The notes: generated from the letters alone by a model not told the origin. A stretch of 64,000 nucleotides of DNA from Pirellulaceae bacterium (GCA_033762315.1 JANRLS010000079.1:11292-75291), one strand, 5' to 3'; numbered from the stretch's first letter, positions 54,200 to 63,137 are shown. Numbers and translations: made by a program.

Positions 54200-56569
54200 T
54201 CAGCTCTCGAACACCTCGACCACCTCCGGGCGCATGAGCACGACGAGCGCCCAGATGCCGATGGGAATTCCGAGCAGCCAACCGGCGGTGCAAGGGAGCA
54301 CGGCGATGACGGCAGCGACCGACGCGAGACCGTGCGAGCGGAGCTTGCGCATCCGCCAGCCGGCGACGATGAGCAGCACGGCTGGAATGGTGCTTGCCAG
54401 GATGAACACCAGGAACAAGATCCCGGCCCAGGCGATTCCGACCGGCGTTTCGACCATGCCTGGAGCGGCCTCTGGCTGGGCCAGCACGAAGGGCGCGAAC
54501 GGAATGGGGCTAGTGAGCGCGAAGGTTGGCGCGGCAAGCGCTGCCGCCAGCGTGGCAGCCGGCGTTGGCAGGTAGGCGGCTTTGGTTCCCATATCTTCAG
54601 TCATTCGCGGCCCTTCATGGATTTGGTCACCGGGCCCGAAGAGCACCACTGTCGGAACCATCAGCATCGCCAGCAGCGTGGGAATCAGGCCGACGAGTCC
54701 GACCACCATGAGGCCAATCGCCGGGCCAGCGACGCGGCGGCGAATCGCCTCGCGGCGGGGATCGAGCGGCGCGGCATCTCCCGCGAGTCGCGGCTGGCCA
54801 ATCACCACCACGGTCCGCCACAGCAAGAACAGCCCGGCTTGGAAGCACGTGATAGCGCCCAACAGAAACAGCGGCCCCGACGAGCTGATTCCCCCATACC
54901 CATCGAGATAGTCCCACAGCCCCGCGACGATCAGCACCACGCCAAGCACCAGGTAGCCGCGCAGCACCCAGTCGAGCCAGGTGGTGCGGGGAGATCGGAG
55001 CAAATCCTCGGCCCCCGCCATTTGTCGATAAGAGTTGTAGCTGCCCGCCACCGAGCCGAAGCCACCCGCGAGGCAGCCAAAGCCCGCCCCCATCCACCCC
55101 CAAAACGGCCCGGCGAGCGGCAGCTGTTTGGAAACCGCCTCGAGAATCGCGTAGCCGATGGCGAACGCCCCGACCGACATCAGCAAGATGCCCAGCACCA
55201 TGCCAATGGCGACTCCCAGGACCATCCCAAGCGGGACGCCACCCGGAGGAGGTGACAGCGTGGGGTCCGACTTGGTCGCGGGGGCGGGGGTTTGCCAGGT
55301 GGGAGGTGTTGATCCCCGCGCGGCAACACTCTCGCTGCCAAGCTCCGCTTGAGAGCCAGAAATGCCCATCCCCGCGCTCACCATGCCGCCCCCCGCACTG
55401 GCCAATTCGCTCTTCACCTGGCTGGCTCGTTGATAGCGGCGGGCGGGCTCCTTTTCGAGCGTTCGCAGCACGACCTGGTCGATCCGCACGTCGATCTGCA
55501 CCTTCTCCGACGGCAGCGGAAAGCGGCCGATCGGCATCTCGCCGGTGAGCATTTCGTAGATTACGACACCGAGCGAGTAGATGTCGGCCCGGTGATCGAC
55601 CTCAGTCGGCCGCTCAAACTGCTCGGGGGCCATGTAGCGCGGCGTTCCCATCACTTGCCGCGTTTGCGTGAGGGTGAAATCGTCGCTCCCGGGGACGAGC
55701 AGCTTGGCGAGGCCGAAATCGGCGATCTTCACTCGCCCCGCCCGGTCGAGCAGCACGTTTTCGGGCTTGATGTCCCGATGCACGATTCCCTGGTCGTGGG
55801 CATATTGCAAGGCGTCGCAAATCTGCGGCACAATCGCCAGCGCCTCGCGCGGCGAGAGCCGCCCCGCGCGCAGCGCTTGCCGCAGGTTCACGCCATCGAC
55901 GAACTCCATGATCAGGAAATAGATTTCGCCCGCCTGGCCGAAATCGTGGACCGTCACGATGTTGGCATGGTTGAGCCGCGCCAAGGCCCGAGCTTCGCGG
56001 GCAAAGCGCTCGGCAAAGGCCGGGTCTTTGGCCGCTTCGGGCGGAATCACTTTCAGAGCGACAATCCGGTCGAGATTCTTCTGCCGGGCCTTATAGACGG
56101 CTCCCATGCCGCCACGGCCAAGAAGTTCCAAAATTTCAAGCTGCGGAAAATGCTTCGCCAGATCGGCCGGCACCTGGCTCGTCACCGGCGGCTGCGAGCC
56201 GGAAGGGGGCGTGGTCATCGCCAGGCCGTCGGCAGTGAGCGGCGCGGGGGCTTCCAGTCCGCCGGCCAAGAGGCACGCCGCGCACAGCCCCTCGGGCGAA
56301 TCGCCGCCAAGTGCCGCCCGGCATTGAGGGCAAAATCGCTTGGTGATGCTGGCGACCACATCGGCCGAAGATTGGGCGGCGTCGATGGGTTGCGACAACG
56401 ATACCGCGGCGGGTGCCGCGGCAGCCGGGCCGGGAGTCGAATCCCCTTTCGCCTGTTTGAGAAAGTAGGCCAGCCCGCCGATCGCCAGCCCAAGCAGGCC
56501 AAAGAACAGGAGGCACAAAAAGCCCAGCACCACGATTTCCGCGGCACCCAAACCAATGACCGCCAACAT
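54200..56569 (-). CDS. Ser/Thr protein kinase with N-terminal TM, Cys4 ribbon and multi-pass C-terminal membrane domain
   Basis: CPQCRA...GLCAACLL. Kinase motifs GRGGMGAVYKA, HRDIKPEN, DFGLA, APE. About 8 hydrophobic segments follow. Confidence 0.88.
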   Translation of the reverse strand: MLAVIGLGAAEIVVLGFLCLLFFGLLGLAIGGLAYFLKQAKGDSTPGPAAAAPAAVSLSQPIDAAQSSADVVASITKRFCPQCRAALGGDSPEGLCAACLLAGGLEAPAPLTADGLAMTTPPSGSQPPVTSQVPADLAKHFPQLEILELLGRGGMGAVYKARQKNLDRIVALKVIPPEAAKDPAFAERFAREARALARLNHANIVTVHDFGQAGEIYFLIMEFVDGVNLRQALRAGRLSPREALAIVPQICDALQYAHDQGIVHRDIKPENVLLDRAGRVKIADFGLAKLLVPGSDDFTLTQTRQVMGTPRYMAPEQFERPTEVDHRADIYSLGVVIYEMLTGEMPIGRFPLPSEKVQIDVRIDQVVLRTLEKEPARRYQRASQVKSELASAGGGMVSAGMGISGSQAELGSESVAARGSTPPTWQTPAPATKSDPTLSPPPGGVPLGMVLGVAIGMVLGILLMSVGAFAIGYAILEAVSKQLPLAGPFWGWMGAGFGCLAGGFGSVAGSYNSYRQMAGAEDLLRSPRTTWLDWVLRGYLVLGVVLIVAGLWDYLDGYGGISSSGPLFLLGAITCFQAGLFLLWRTVVVIGQPRLAGDAAPLDPRREAIRRRVAGPAIGLMVVGLVGLIPTLLAMLMVPTVVLFGPGDQIHEGPRMTEDMGTKAAYLPTPAATLAAALAAPTFALTSPIPFAPFVLAQPEAAPGMVETPVGIAWAGILFLVFILASTIPAVLLIVAGWRMRKLRSHGLASVAAVIAVLPCTAGWLLGIPIGIWALVVLMRPEVVEVFES

Positions 56570-56668
56570 GAGGCACCTCGCGCGAGAATTTCCGCCGTGT
56601 ACTGTAACTCGACTGCTAGTACTTACGGAAATCCCCGCCGCGGTTACACAAGAATCGCTGGTCCCCCG

Positions 56669-57403
56669 CTAACCGCCCCGCAGGGCGGCTCGCAGCGCGG
56701 CCAGTTCTTCGTCCACATCTTCTTGTGCCGCAACGGTTTGCGCGATCTCGGCCCGCAGCCTTTCGCGATACTTTTCCCGCAGCCGGTGAATCGCCACCTT
56801 CAAAGCTCCCTCGGTCATGCCGAGCGATTCGGCGACCTGCCGCAGCGGCGGCGCGCCTGCCTCGCCGGTGAGAAACTGCTTGAGCACCTCGAACAGCGGC
56901 AACTTGCCGGCGGCCGCGTGCTCTTGGCGAAGCGCGGCCAGTGTCCGGTCGAGCAACGTCAACGCCCAGCGGCGCTCGAAGATGCGTTCCGGGGTCCAGT
57001 CGTGGCTTGGTTCGCGCAGGTAGCGCCGTTCGCCGTCGTCGAAGTCGATGGATAAACTGGCCCTGCCGCCGCCCCGCTTTTGGGCCGCCCCCTTCTCGCG
57101 CTCCTTCGCGGCAAAGCGGGCGACGGCGGTCAGCAAAAAGGCTCGAAACCGCCCCCGCTCGCGATCGGCATCGGCCAAGTATCCCTTTTCGAGGAGCGTG
57201 GCGAAAAACTCCTGGGCGAGGTCGCGGGCATCTTCGGCCGCGCGGCCACGGCGGCGCAGATACGCGTAGATCGGATACCAATACGCTGCGCACAAATCGG
57301 CCAGGGCCGCGCGACTGGCATCCGATTCGCCACTCGCCGCGGCGATCAGGCTCCAGTGCGTGGTGTGAAACTGCGAATCGCCGGCCGGCGTCGATGCGGA
57401 CAT
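56669..57403 (-). CDS. ECF sigma factor, ECF43-like (kinase-associated type)
   Basis: Start at MSASTPAG. HTTHWSLI...LCAAYWYPIYAYLRRRG...DLAQEFFATLLEK...GRFRAFLL and a C-terminal HTH (ESLGMTEGALKVAIHRLR). No anti-sigma ORF nearby. Confidence 0.8.
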   Translation of the reverse strand: MSASTPAGDSQFHTTHWSLIAAASGESDASRAALADLCAAYWYPIYAYLRRRGRAAEDARDLAQEFFATLLEKGYLADADRERGRFRAFLLTAVARFAAKEREKGAAQKRGGGRASLSIDFDDGERRYLREPSHDWTPERIFERRWALTLLDRTLAALRQEHAAAGKLPLFEVLKQFLTGEAGAPPLRQVAESLGMTEGALKVAIHRLREKYRERLRAEIAQTVAAQEDVDEELAALRAALRGG

Positions 57404-57408
57404 GGGGT

Positions 57409-57443
57409 GAGTATAACTTCCCCGGCGGCCGCACCTTATACTC
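57409..57443. promoter_or_regulatory. Perfect 8-bp AT-rich inverted repeat GAGTATAA-N19-TTATACTC in the sigma/kinase divergent spacer
   Basis: Read directly from the sequence. The centre contains GCGGCCGC. Begins 6 nt upstream of the sigma start codon. Confidence 0.5.
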
Positions 57444-57492
57444 AAGTGCTGTCGCCTCCGCATCGCCGCGCGCCGCCTGGGAATTTCGCGCC

Positions 57493-59340
57493 ATGCCTCT
57501 CGAAAAGCTCGGCCCCTACAAGCTGCAAAAGATGCTCGGCCGCGGCGGCATGGGGGCGGTCTATTGGGGGCTGAACGAAGCCACCGGCGAGCGGGCCGCG
57601 GTCAAGGTGCTGTCGGGGCATCTGGCCGACGACGGGGCCTTTCGCGAGCGCTTCAAGCAAGAGGTCGAAACGCTTAAGCGCCTCTTGCATCCGAATATCG
57701 TGCAGCTCTTCGGCTTTGGCGAGGAAGACGGGCATCTGTTCTACGTGATGGAGCTCGTCGAGGGGCAGAGCCTGCAAGACGAGTTGGGGGCGGGACGGCG
57801 CTTTACCTGGCGCGAGGTCGCGCGCATCGGCGTGGCGGTTGCCTCGGCATTGAAGCACGCCCACGACCGGGGAATCATCCATCGCGACCTGAAACCCGCG
57901 AACCTGCTGCTCGACCCGCAGGAGCAGGTAAAGCTGACCGATTTTGGCATCGCCAAGCTGTATGGCGGGGCGAATGTCACGGCTGACGGCGGCGTGCTCG
58001 GCACCGCCGACTATATGGCCCCCGAACAAGCCGAGGGGAAGCCGGTCACCAGTCGGTGCGATTTGTATGCGCTGGGGAGCGTGCTCTTCGCCCTGCTCAC
58101 CGGGCGGCCGCCGTTCGCGGGCAAATCGCTGATCGAGGTGATCTCGGCCCTCAAAACCGAGCCGCCGATGCCTGTTCGCCGCCTCGCCCCGGATACGCCC
58201 GAGGAGTTCGAAATCATCATCGGCCAGCTCCTGGAAAAGGACCCGCAGCGGCGCATTCCGACGGCGCTGGCGGTCGCCAATCGGCTGAAGGCGATGGAGC
58301 ACGCGCTGTCGCTGGAGACGCGCGTCGCCCCGATTGACGACGGCGCGACGGGGAATCTGCGTCTCGCTCCGCCAGCGAATAAGCCCGGACCGTCCGCGAT
58401 TACCGCCCCCCTCGCTCCGCGCGACGCGACCGCGCCCCTCTCGGACAAAGCCGAGCCCGACTATCGCATCGCCGGTGTCGCGCCGACCGTGGTCCGCGGC
58501 GGGGGGAGCATCGCCTCCGCGCCGACCGTCGTGCCCGGCGAGCCCGACGATATGGCGCTCGCCGCCGAAGAGCCAGCCCCGCGCGCGACGCGCTTCACCC
58601 GCGTGCCGCAGGCCGTGACGCCGGCTACCGACGACGGCGACGAATTCGGCCCGAAGCAATGGCTGCTCGTCGGCGGGCTATTGCTGGTGTCGGCCGTGGT
58701 GATCGGGGGAATCGTCTTTTTTGCCACCCGCCCGCCGAGTGCCGACGACCTCTATCGCCGCGTGCAATCCGCGCAAACCTCGAGCGGTGCCGAGGGGCTG
58801 GCGGCAGTCGCGGACGATTTGAAGCAGTTCGGCGAGCTGTACGCCGGCGATCCGCGCGCGGCGGAGATTGCCGGCTGGCAAGAGGAATTGAACCTCTATC
58901 GCCTGCAAAAGCGGTTCGAGTTGCAGGCCCGCCGCGCGGGAGGCGACGACGCGCTGCTGCCGGTCGAACGGGCGTATCTCGCGGCCGTGCAAATGGCGGC
59001 GAGCGACCCCGAACAGGCGCTCGCCCGGTTTCGAGCGCTCGTCGATGTCTATTCCGGCCCGTCCGATCCGAACCTCTCGTCGGCCGAGTGGCGGCGCGTC
59101 GATCAGTGCCTGACCCTCGCCCGTCAGCAAAGCCTGCAACTGGCGGCGACCATCGACAAGGCGACCGCGCAAGAGCGCACCGCCGTCGCCGGGCAAATGA
59201 AGCGCGCCGACCAGCTCGCCCAGGACAACCGCATCGCCGCCGAAAAAATCTGGCGCGGCATCATCACCCTCTATGCCGGCAAGGCCTGGGCGAAAGAGCT
59301 GGTCGAACAGGCGCAAGCCAGGCTCGCGCCGACGAAATAG
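57493..59340 (+). CDS. Ser/Thr protein kinase with single TM and TPR-like extracytoplasmic domain
   Basis: ATG at 57493. GRGGMGAVYWG, HRDLKPAN, DFGIA, APE. TM LLVGGLLLVSAVVIGGIVFF. Confidence 0.88.
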   Translation: MPLEKLGPYKLQKMLGRGGMGAVYWGLNEATGERAAVKVLSGHLADDGAFRERFKQEVETLKRLLHPNIVQLFGFGEEDGHLFYVMELVEGQSLQDELGAGRRFTWREVARIGVAVASALKHAHDRGIIHRDLKPANLLLDPQEQVKLTDFGIAKLYGGANVTADGGVLGTADYMAPEQAEGKPVTSRCDLYALGSVLFALLTGRPPFAGKSLIEVISALKTEPPMPVRRLAPDTPEEFEIIIGQLLEKDPQRRIPTALAVANRLKAMEHALSLETRVAPIDDGATGNLRLAPPANKPGPSAITAPLAPRDATAPLSDKAEPDYRIAGVAPTVVRGGGSIASAPTVVPGEPDDMALAAEEPAPRATRFTRVPQAVTPATDDGDEFGPKQWLLVGGLLLVSAVVIGGIVFFATRPPSADDLYRRVQSAQTSSGAEGLAAVADDLKQFGELYAGDPRAAEIAGWQEELNLYRLQKRFELQARRAGGDDALLPVERAYLAAVQMAASDPEQALARFRALVDVYSGPSDPNLSSAEWRRVDQCLTLARQQSLQLAATIDKATAQERTAVAGQMKRADQLAQDNRIAAEKIWRGIITLYAGKAWAKELVEQAQARLAPTK

Positions 59341-59360
59341 CCGCGCGGACGAACTTCGTA

Positions 59361-59458
59361 GCCACGGATGAAACACGAATTGAACACCGACCACGCCGAG
59401 TGCGTGCGGCATTTGTCTGATTTACAACATCCGTGTAAATCGGTGTTTCATCGGTGGC
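59361..59458. repeat. Imperfect inverted repeat (16-nt arms) between kinase and cyclase genes
   Basis: gccacggatgaaacac (59361-59376) versus gtgtttcatcggtggc (59443-59458), one mismatch. Confidence 0.6.
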
Positions 59459-59498
59459 TTCTCTCGCTTCTTTCCTCTCTCGATTTGGAACCCTGACC

Positions 59499-60551
59499 AT
59501 GTTTACTCGCTGGCGCTTGTCTCTTTTGATTCCCCTGTTTCTGGCCTCGGCCTGGTTCGCCGGCGCTCATTTCGCCGCGGGCCAAGCGGAATCCGGCCCC
59601 GCAATCAAGGGCTGGAAACCGGGCGTCGGCTGGGGCTGGATTTGGGGAAAGGACGACGAAGTCGGCGCGCTGAACGCGATGACCGACCAGTCGCGTGCCG
59701 CCGCCTTGCGCCTGGCCACCACTGGCAAAACCTATGACCTGGGTATCACCTATAGCCGCCGCAGCTACAAATGGCCGGGGCACGCGCCGGGCGAAGTGAT
59801 GACCTTTCGCTCTCCTCCCGGCGAATCGGCCCAAAAGGATGCCGACTTCATTCGCCCCGAAGTCAACCCCAGCGGCACGCGCTGGCATTCTTGTGCCCTC
59901 TTTATGAGCGATAACGTGGCGACGCAGATCGATGGCCTGGGGCACGTCACCGTCGGCGACGATCATCATTGGTACAACGGCTTCAAGGAGGCCGATTGGG
60001 GAGGCGATTTCGGCGTCCGCCGTTGCGACGCGACGACGATCCCGCCGATCGTCGCCCGCGGCGTGCTGCTCGATATCGCCGGCGCTCGTCAGGTCGCCGA
60101 ATTGCCCGAGCACTATGCCATCACCCCCGCCGACATCGATGCCGCCCTCGCCCGCCAGAAGAGCGAACTGAAGCCCGGCGACGTGGTGCTGATCCGCACC
60201 GGCACGCTTCGCCACTGGGGAGCCGACGGTGCCGACCATGCCAAAATCGGCACGCATGACTCGGCTGGCATCACGCTCGAAACGGCAAAGTATTTGGTCG
60301 AGCGGCACGGGGCGATGCTCATCGCCAGCGACACCAGCGGCCTCGAAGTTGGCCCCGCCCCCGCCGGCAGCGATTCGTTCATTCCGGTTCACAAATACCT
60401 GCTCGTCGAGCAGGGAGTTCACATCGGCGAGTTTCACTATCTCGAAGACCTCGCCCGCGACCACGCCTATGAATTCTGCTACCTCGCCACCGTCAGCAAA
60501 ATCGCCGGCGCGACTGCTGGGTTTGCCCTACGGCCGCTGGGGATTAGGTAG
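59499..60551 (+). CDS. Cyclase family protein (kynurenine formamidase-like fold), secreted
   Basis: Signal peptide MFTRWRLSLLIPLFLASAWFAGA. Overall putative-cyclase layout (DLGITYS..., IDGLGHV, GVHIGE). Confidence 0.7.
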   Translation: MFTRWRLSLLIPLFLASAWFAGAHFAAGQAESGPAIKGWKPGVGWGWIWGKDDEVGALNAMTDQSRAAALRLATTGKTYDLGITYSRRSYKWPGHAPGEVMTFRSPPGESAQKDADFIRPEVNPSGTRWHSCALFMSDNVATQIDGLGHVTVGDDHHWYNGFKEADWGGDFGVRRCDATTIPPIVARGVLLDIAGARQVAELPEHYAITPADIDAALARQKSELKPGDVVLIRTGTLRHWGADGADHAKIGTHDSAGITLETAKYLVERHGAMLIASDTSGLEVGPAPAGSDSFIPVHKYLLVEQGVHIGEFHYLEDLARDHAYEFCYLATVSKIAGATAGFALRPLGIR

Positions 60552-60716
60552 GGGACAACTACCAGCGAGACTTCGGCACATCTTGCCGATGTCGCGCCGC
60601 TTTTTGCCCATTTCGGCCGCCAGCGACCGGCAGATTTTAACCCTTGACCGGCGAGCTATCGGCCGCGTAGGCTTCGCGCGGTTCACGTTCGCTTCGACAT
60701 TTACAGGAGACACGTT

Positions 60717-61163
60717 ATGGTGCTTGCCAAGAAGGTGGGTTGGGGAGTGGCCGCGGCGGCTTTGCTGGCGGTGGGGGCGGCGATCGCTGCCGACGGGGTC
60801 AAGCTGGAAGGAATCAAGTGCCTGATTGCCGGTGGCAAAGCGGCCAAGGCCGAGCATGCCGTCGATTACAAGGGGGGCAAGGTCTTCTTCTGCTGCCCGA
60901 ATTGCCCGAAGTCGTTCTCGGCTGACCCGGCCAAGTTCGCCGCCAAGGCCAACCATCAACTGTTCGCCACCGGCCAGGCCAAGCAAACCGCTTGCCCCCT
61001 GACCGGCGAAGCGGTCGATAGCGCGACGAAGGTCAAGGTCGGCGGCGTCGAGGTCGCCTTCTGCTGCGACATGTGCAAGGCGCAGGCCGAACAGGCCCAG
61101 GATCCCGTCTCCGTCGTCTTTAGCGACAAAGCGTTTGAGAAGGGCTTCAAAGTCGGCAAGTGA
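60717..61163 (+). CDS. Secreted protein with two YHS/TRASH-like Cys-motif modules
   Basis: Signal peptide. CLIAGGK..VDYKGGKVFFCCPNCPKSFSADPAKF and CPLTGEAV..VGGVEVAFCCDMCKAQ. Confidence 0.75.
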   Translation: MVLAKKVGWGVAAAALLAVGAAIAADGVKLEGIKCLIAGGKAAKAEHAVDYKGGKVFFCCPNCPKSFSADPAKFAAKANHQLFATGQAKQTACPLTGEAVDSATKVKVGGVEVAFCCDMCKAQAEQAQDPVSVVFSDKAFEKGFKVGK

Positions 61164-61191
61164 CGCCGACTGGAAGCAAACAACGACACGG

Positions 61192-61222
61192 AAAGGCCAG
61201 GCCAGCAGGGCTTGGCCTTTTC
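61192..61222 (+). terminator. Intrinsic terminator after the YHS-like gene
   Basis: aaaggccaggcc-agcag-ggcttggccttt (12 bp including one G-U), followed by tc with the T-run partly inside the stem. Confidence 0.6.
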
Positions 61223-61599
61223 TGGTTGGTGAAAGGCCTGAACGCACTCCCTGGAGCTACCGCCGGGAGAGAAAAGGGGGGGAGAGAAAAGGGGACAGGT
61301 CCAATAGGCTCCCCCCACCAGCATCGCGACGCGCGGACGGTGGGTCGAGCCTACCCTACTTTGCTTGGGAACGAGGGGGGGAAATCTTCAAGTGTTTGCC
61401 GGGCAGCGAGTTACGACGATTTGAGCGACCGGGATGAGTCTTGAACACGCGCAGCGCGTGACCAGACGTGTCACGGCAGCGAAAAATTTTGGGCGATGCG
61501 TGGGGCGATGGAAACGCCGTTAGTGTACATATTTATTGTATTAAAGGTGGCGCATCTTCCCTTACGAATTCCCGCCAAAAAATTCCGCGCGCTAGTTTC

Positions 61600-61628
61600 T
61601 TGACGCGCGCAAGTCGGCTCGCAATAGT
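61600..61628 (+). promoter_or_regulatory. Sigma-70-like promoter candidate (TTGACG-17 nt-AATAGT)
   Basis: ttgacg (61600-61605), 17-nt spacer, aatagt (61623-61628). About 110 nt upstream of element copy 2. Confidence 0.35.
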
Positions 61629-61736
61629 ACGTCCGATCGTGGCGATTGCCGCCTCACGGCCAGGAATTGGGAGGAGATCAGGTTCCCGGGCACCGAGCCT
61701 CAAGACGCGCCGCGCCTCGCCGCCCCCCAGCTCGCG

Positions 61737-61878
61737 GGCTTATTGGAGGCGGGTCAAAAGTCTAGTAACTATAGTAAGGCGACAGTAATGCGAGGCTCGA
61801 CTAATTACGCAAGTGCTTGCCGGGCTCGGACTTGCGGAGAATTCACCCGGCGCGACTTTTCGCGCGTCAATAAGCGGC
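61737..61878 (+). repeat. Conserved non-coding element with ACTATAGT core, copy 2
   Basis: See copy 1. GGGCTTATTGG at the 5' end is complementary to CAATAAGC at the 3' end (8 bp). Confidence 0.65.
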
Positions 61879-62037
61879 CCATCCCCCACTCGACAGGCGA
61901 TCCGCCCGCCTAGGGGTTCGCACGCGCGAATCTCGGCACGCGAGTTGCCGGTAATCTCGGTCGCCGGCAGCGGGGATGTTGCGCGTCCCTGAGTGGCACT
62001 TCGCCAAGCCGACCTCTTCTCTCCAAAGGAGGCCCCG

Positions 62038-62508
62038 ATGATGACCACCTTGCCACCAGCACCCGAGCAGGTCCTCCAGCAAACGATGACCAGACTGGAG
62101 CAGGCGCTCCTTGCGCCGGTCGTCGGCGGAGAGCTGCAGCAATGGATCGGCAACGTGCAACTGGCGGCGGCGACGTTCGCCACCGATTGGACCCGCTACC
62201 TCTGCACTGTGCTGCACCAGGAATATGCCCAGATCGCCGGAACCGACCCTGAACTGCTCGGCGTCGTCCAGCAGATGATGCGGGTCGATCGGCAGCTTCT
62301 CGAAGATTTCGCCCGCTTTCAGGAAGATCTGCACAAACTGTGCTGCCGTGCGCAGCGCGTTGAAAAGCACGAAAGCAAAGTCGCCGAGCAGCGACAAGCG
62401 CTCGAAGAGACCGGGCTCAGGCTCATTGTCAGCATCAAACGCCAGCAAGCGGCTGCCGACACCTGGCTGGCCGAGGCACTTTATCGCGATCGCGGGGTCG
62501 GCGACTAG
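62038..62508 (+). CDS. Hypothetical helical protein
   Basis: aaggagg RBS 8 nt upstream of the ATG at 62038. All-helical composition. No family recognised. Confidence 0.6.
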   Translation: MMTTLPPAPEQVLQQTMTRLEQALLAPVVGGELQQWIGNVQLAAATFATDWTRYLCTVLHQEYAQIAGTDPELLGVVQQMMRVDRQLLEDFARFQEDLHKLCCRAQRVEKHESKVAEQRQALEETGLRLIVSIKRQQAAADTWLAEALYRDRGVGD

Positions 62509-62746
62509 CGTGCCGGATCGGGCCCGCAACCGGTCCGCCAGCGTACAGAGCGGTCGCCGGGCAACCATCGCCGACCCGAGGCAAGTCGTTCCGCGCTGGC
62601 AGCCGCTGCATCCGATTGTCCGCAAATGCCTTGCTTACAAGGACTTACGGCAAAACACCAGGTCGTCAACCTCCCCCCGGCAGCCGTGGCATCGCAATTG
62701 CTAAGGTTTGATTACTAGTCTCTACCTCGCTGAGGAGGGTTTAACC

Positions 62747-63088
62747 ATGTTTCCTGATTTCTGGCTTTCCACCCTGGTGCTGCTTGGAGCCAGTGCGTTC
62801 GGCTGGAGCACATTCGCGGCCGAGCCAAGCCTTAAGGAGGGGGTCGTCGTTTCCGCCGGCGACGGCAAGTTGACGCTGACCGACACGGCCGGCAAGCAAC
62901 ACACGCTGACCATTCCCGATACCGCGGAGATTACGTTCAACGGCAAACGCGGCAAGCTGACCGACCTCAAGCCGGGAGTGCGCATTCGCGTGATGACCGA
63001 CGGAGACGGCAAAGTGATGAGCGTTTCGACCGTGGACGACGCGAAGGCTCGGCATTCGGGCGTGACCGAAGCCGCCGGACCGAAATGA
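62747..63088 (+). CDS. Small secreted beta-rich protein
   Basis: gaggagg RBS. Signal peptide MFPDFWLSTLVLLGASAFGWSTFA. Repeated GDGK..T/V motifs. Confidence 0.6.
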   Translation: MFPDFWLSTLVLLGASAFGWSTFAAEPSLKEGVVVSAGDGKLTLTDTAGKQHTLTIPDTAEITFNGKRGKLTDLKPGVRIRVMTDGDGKVMSVSTVDDAKARHSGVTEAAGPK

Positions 63089-63137
63089 TCCGATTTCGGC
63101 CGGCAAGCGGCCAAATCCCAAATACAGGCGGTGGGCC

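Noticed and set aside
55349-57055. A 568-codon plus-strand ORF
   Set aside because: It is antisense to the kinase and ECF sigma genes, whose catalytic and HTH motifs are unambiguous.
60528-61247. A 239-codon minus-strand ORF
   Set aside because: It is antisense to the YHS-like gene, which has an RBS, a signal peptide, repeated Cys motifs and a terminator.
61468-61788. ORFs of 94-147 codons inside the 61164-62037 region (including 61135..61437 and 61740..62183)
   Set aside because: They are Arg/Ser/Pro-rich, have no RBS and run across the conserved non-coding element, so they are treated as non-coding.
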